Shown: in pieces, positions 63,108 to 64,000 of the stretch
Layout of the letters: each line of letters begins with the position of its first letter
How positions within the stretch are numbered: the stretch's first letter is position 1
Source: Nitrospirota bacterium
Lineage (GTDB): Bacteria; Nitrospirota; Thermodesulfovibrionia; Thermodesulfovibrionales; JdFR-88
Reading direction: 5' to 3'
Assembly (NCBI GenBank): GCA_021789555.1
Contig: JAJYJK010000001.1
Span: forward strand, 76,581-140,580
DNA length: 64,000 nucleotides
Program-made: the position numbers and the translations under genes
Notes under the pieces: model-generated
What the model saw: only the letters and a program-made list of their open reading frames with translations
Told to the model about the DNA's origin: nothing
The model's database searches: none

Positions 63108-63415
63108 CCGGCCAGGCCGTCCTTTCCGCCCGAGCGCGGGCCAGCCCCGGGGGCCGGCTCCGTATCCGGAAGGCCCAGTTCGCGCCACGAGTATACCTTC
63201 ATGAGCTTCAGTTCAGTCGGCGTCACTCCCAGAAGCAGTATATCGCCGCCGAGCCTCATAAGCGCAATTCCCCTCTTGGGCCCGAAGGACTGGTAGGCCA
63301 TCATGTTCAGAAGGCCGGGCTTCCCCTGGCGCTTTCTCATGAAGGAGGCCGCCAGGTATATGAGCCCTATCACGGCCCCCAGGGCGGCAAACATTCTCAG
63401 GTAAACCAACATCAT
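63104..63415 (-). CDS. fliO: Flagellar protein FliO
   Basis: Single N-terminal TM followed by GPKRGIALMRLGGDILLLGVTPTELKLM. Position fliN-fliO-fliP. Confidence 0.8.
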   Translation of the reverse strand: MMLVYLRMFAALGAVIGLIYLAASFMRKRQGKPGLLNMMAYQSFGPKRGIALMRLGGDILLLGVTPTELKLMKVYSWRELGLPDTEPAPGAGPRSGGKDGLAG

Positions 63416-63753
63416 TTCAGTTTCCTTATCCTCTCCGTGGGGCTTATGATGTCGGTGAGGCGCACGCCGAATTTTTCGTTTATGACGACGACTTCGCCCC
63501 GGGCCACGAGCTTCTTGTTCACAAGCACCTCCATGGGCTCGCCGGCGAGCTTCTCAAGCTCTATGACCGAGCCCTGCCCCAGCTGCAGCAGGTCGCGTAT
63601 GAACATGCGCGTGTTGCCCAGCTCCACCGTCACCTCCAGCGGGATGTCGAGGAGGAAATCCATGTCCCTGCCATCCTGCGCCACATGCGCCCTCGCCGCC
63701 TCGTGGGTGGCGGCCTCCGCCTGCTCCCTGACCTTTCCCGATTCTTCGCTCAT
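63412..63753 (-). CDS. fliN: Flagellar C-ring protein FliN
   Basis: SpoA domain: LLDIPLEVTVELGNTRMFIRDLLQLGQGSVIELEKLAGEPMEVLVNKKLVARGEVVV. Confidence 0.9.
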   Translation of the reverse strand: MSEESGKVREQAEAATHEAARAHVAQDGRDMDFLLDIPLEVTVELGNTRMFIRDLLQLGQGSVIELEKLAGEPMEVLVNKKLVARGEVVVINEKFGVRLTDIISPTERIRKLK

Positions 63754-64000
63754 ATCGTCTCCTCTTTCAGATCGGCCCGGATTGCCCTGGTTATCCTGAC
63801 GGCCTGGCTGCCTTTGCTCCTGCCGGGTCTGCCGTAGAATTTCCCGACGCCCTCCACCCTGACCGCCAGATCCCCGTCAACCGGTTTGCCGATATTTATG
63901 ACGCTGCCCTTCTCAAGGCGCATGATATCGCCGAAGGTGAGGTCCGTCCTGCCCAGTTCCACCGAAACCTCCACCATGGAATCAAGCAGTATCTCCCTGA
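63750..64000 (-). CDS. fliM: Flagellar C-ring protein FliM, C-terminal part only (gene continues beyond the window)
   Basis: SpoA-like VEVSVELGRTDLTFGDIMRLEKGSVINIGKPVDGDLAVRVEG. The frame is open to the window edge and overlaps fliN by 4 nt. Confidence 0.8.
   Translation of the reverse strand, partial: REILLDSMVEVSVELGRTDLTFGDIMRLEKGSVINIGKPVDGDLAVRVEGVGKFYGRPGRSKGSQAVRITRAIRADLKEETI

Noticed and set aside
2862-63188. N-terminal extensions of several track ORFs: modC to 3776, moaA to 6489, paralog B to 10394, kinase to 20955, fliW to 36638, Cache-like to 46410, cheY2 to 53538, fliP to 63188.
   Set aside because: The extensions overlap the preceding gene and/or are Arg/Gly/Pro-rich with no family similarity. 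Internal starts with SD motifs and family-typical N-termini were preferred.
1-64000. Scan for CRISPR arrays, rRNA/tRNA genes, IS elements, integrases, and toxin-antitoxin or defence-type genes.
   Set aside because: No regularly spaced direct repeats, no RNA gene signatures, and no transposase, integrase or nuclease motifs were recognised in any frame. The only compositional anomalies are the two low-GC gene halves reported as findings.

Overview
GC-rich bacterial chromosomal segment, with all but three genes (fdhA and the two MFS transporters) on the minus strand. All calls come from reading the sequence and ORF track by eye. No BLAST, HMM or folding was run, so domain names are motif-level recognitions. 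(1) 1-8.5 kb: a selenocysteine formate dehydrogenase, which the track splits at an in-frame TGA followed by an fdhF-like SECIS. It converges on a Mo/W block: modABC, moaA, a MoCF-domain protein and an FmdE-ModE fusion regulator. (2) 8.5-16.3 kb, accessory: an orphan receiver, two overlapping paralogs that fuse a T2SSE_N/MshEN-like domain to 3 and 2 DUF202-like membrane modules, two tandem DHA2-type MFS transporters and a small membrane protein. (3) 16.5-64 kb: a large flagellar/chemotaxis regulon. It runs fliM(partial)NOPQR-flhBAFG-fliA, then HEAT-cheR-cheY-cheY-cheA-(cheW-cheZ fusion)-cheB, REC-HDOD and small proteins. It continues with flgFGAHIJ, flgMN-flgKL and csrA-fliW, then two multi-domain glycosyltransferase genes (1895 and 1223 aa) and fliC. 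It ends with flaG-fliD-fliS, an REC / REC-GAF-HD-GYP / histidine kinase set, motAB and a PilZ-REC hybrid. Regulatory signals readable in the sequence: three sigma-28 promoters with identical geometry, two near-consensus sigma-54 promoters each with upstream CCGGCAA clusters, CsrA-type GGA sites in the fliC leader and at the csrA start, and a conserved hairpin present twice with a compensatory base-pair change. No rRNA, tRNA, CRISPR array, transposase or integrase was recognised. Best candidates for undescribed biology: the MshEN-DUF202 pair, the two flagellin-adjacent megasynthases, the CheW-CheZ fusion, and the c-di-GMP/phosphorelay cassette around motAB.
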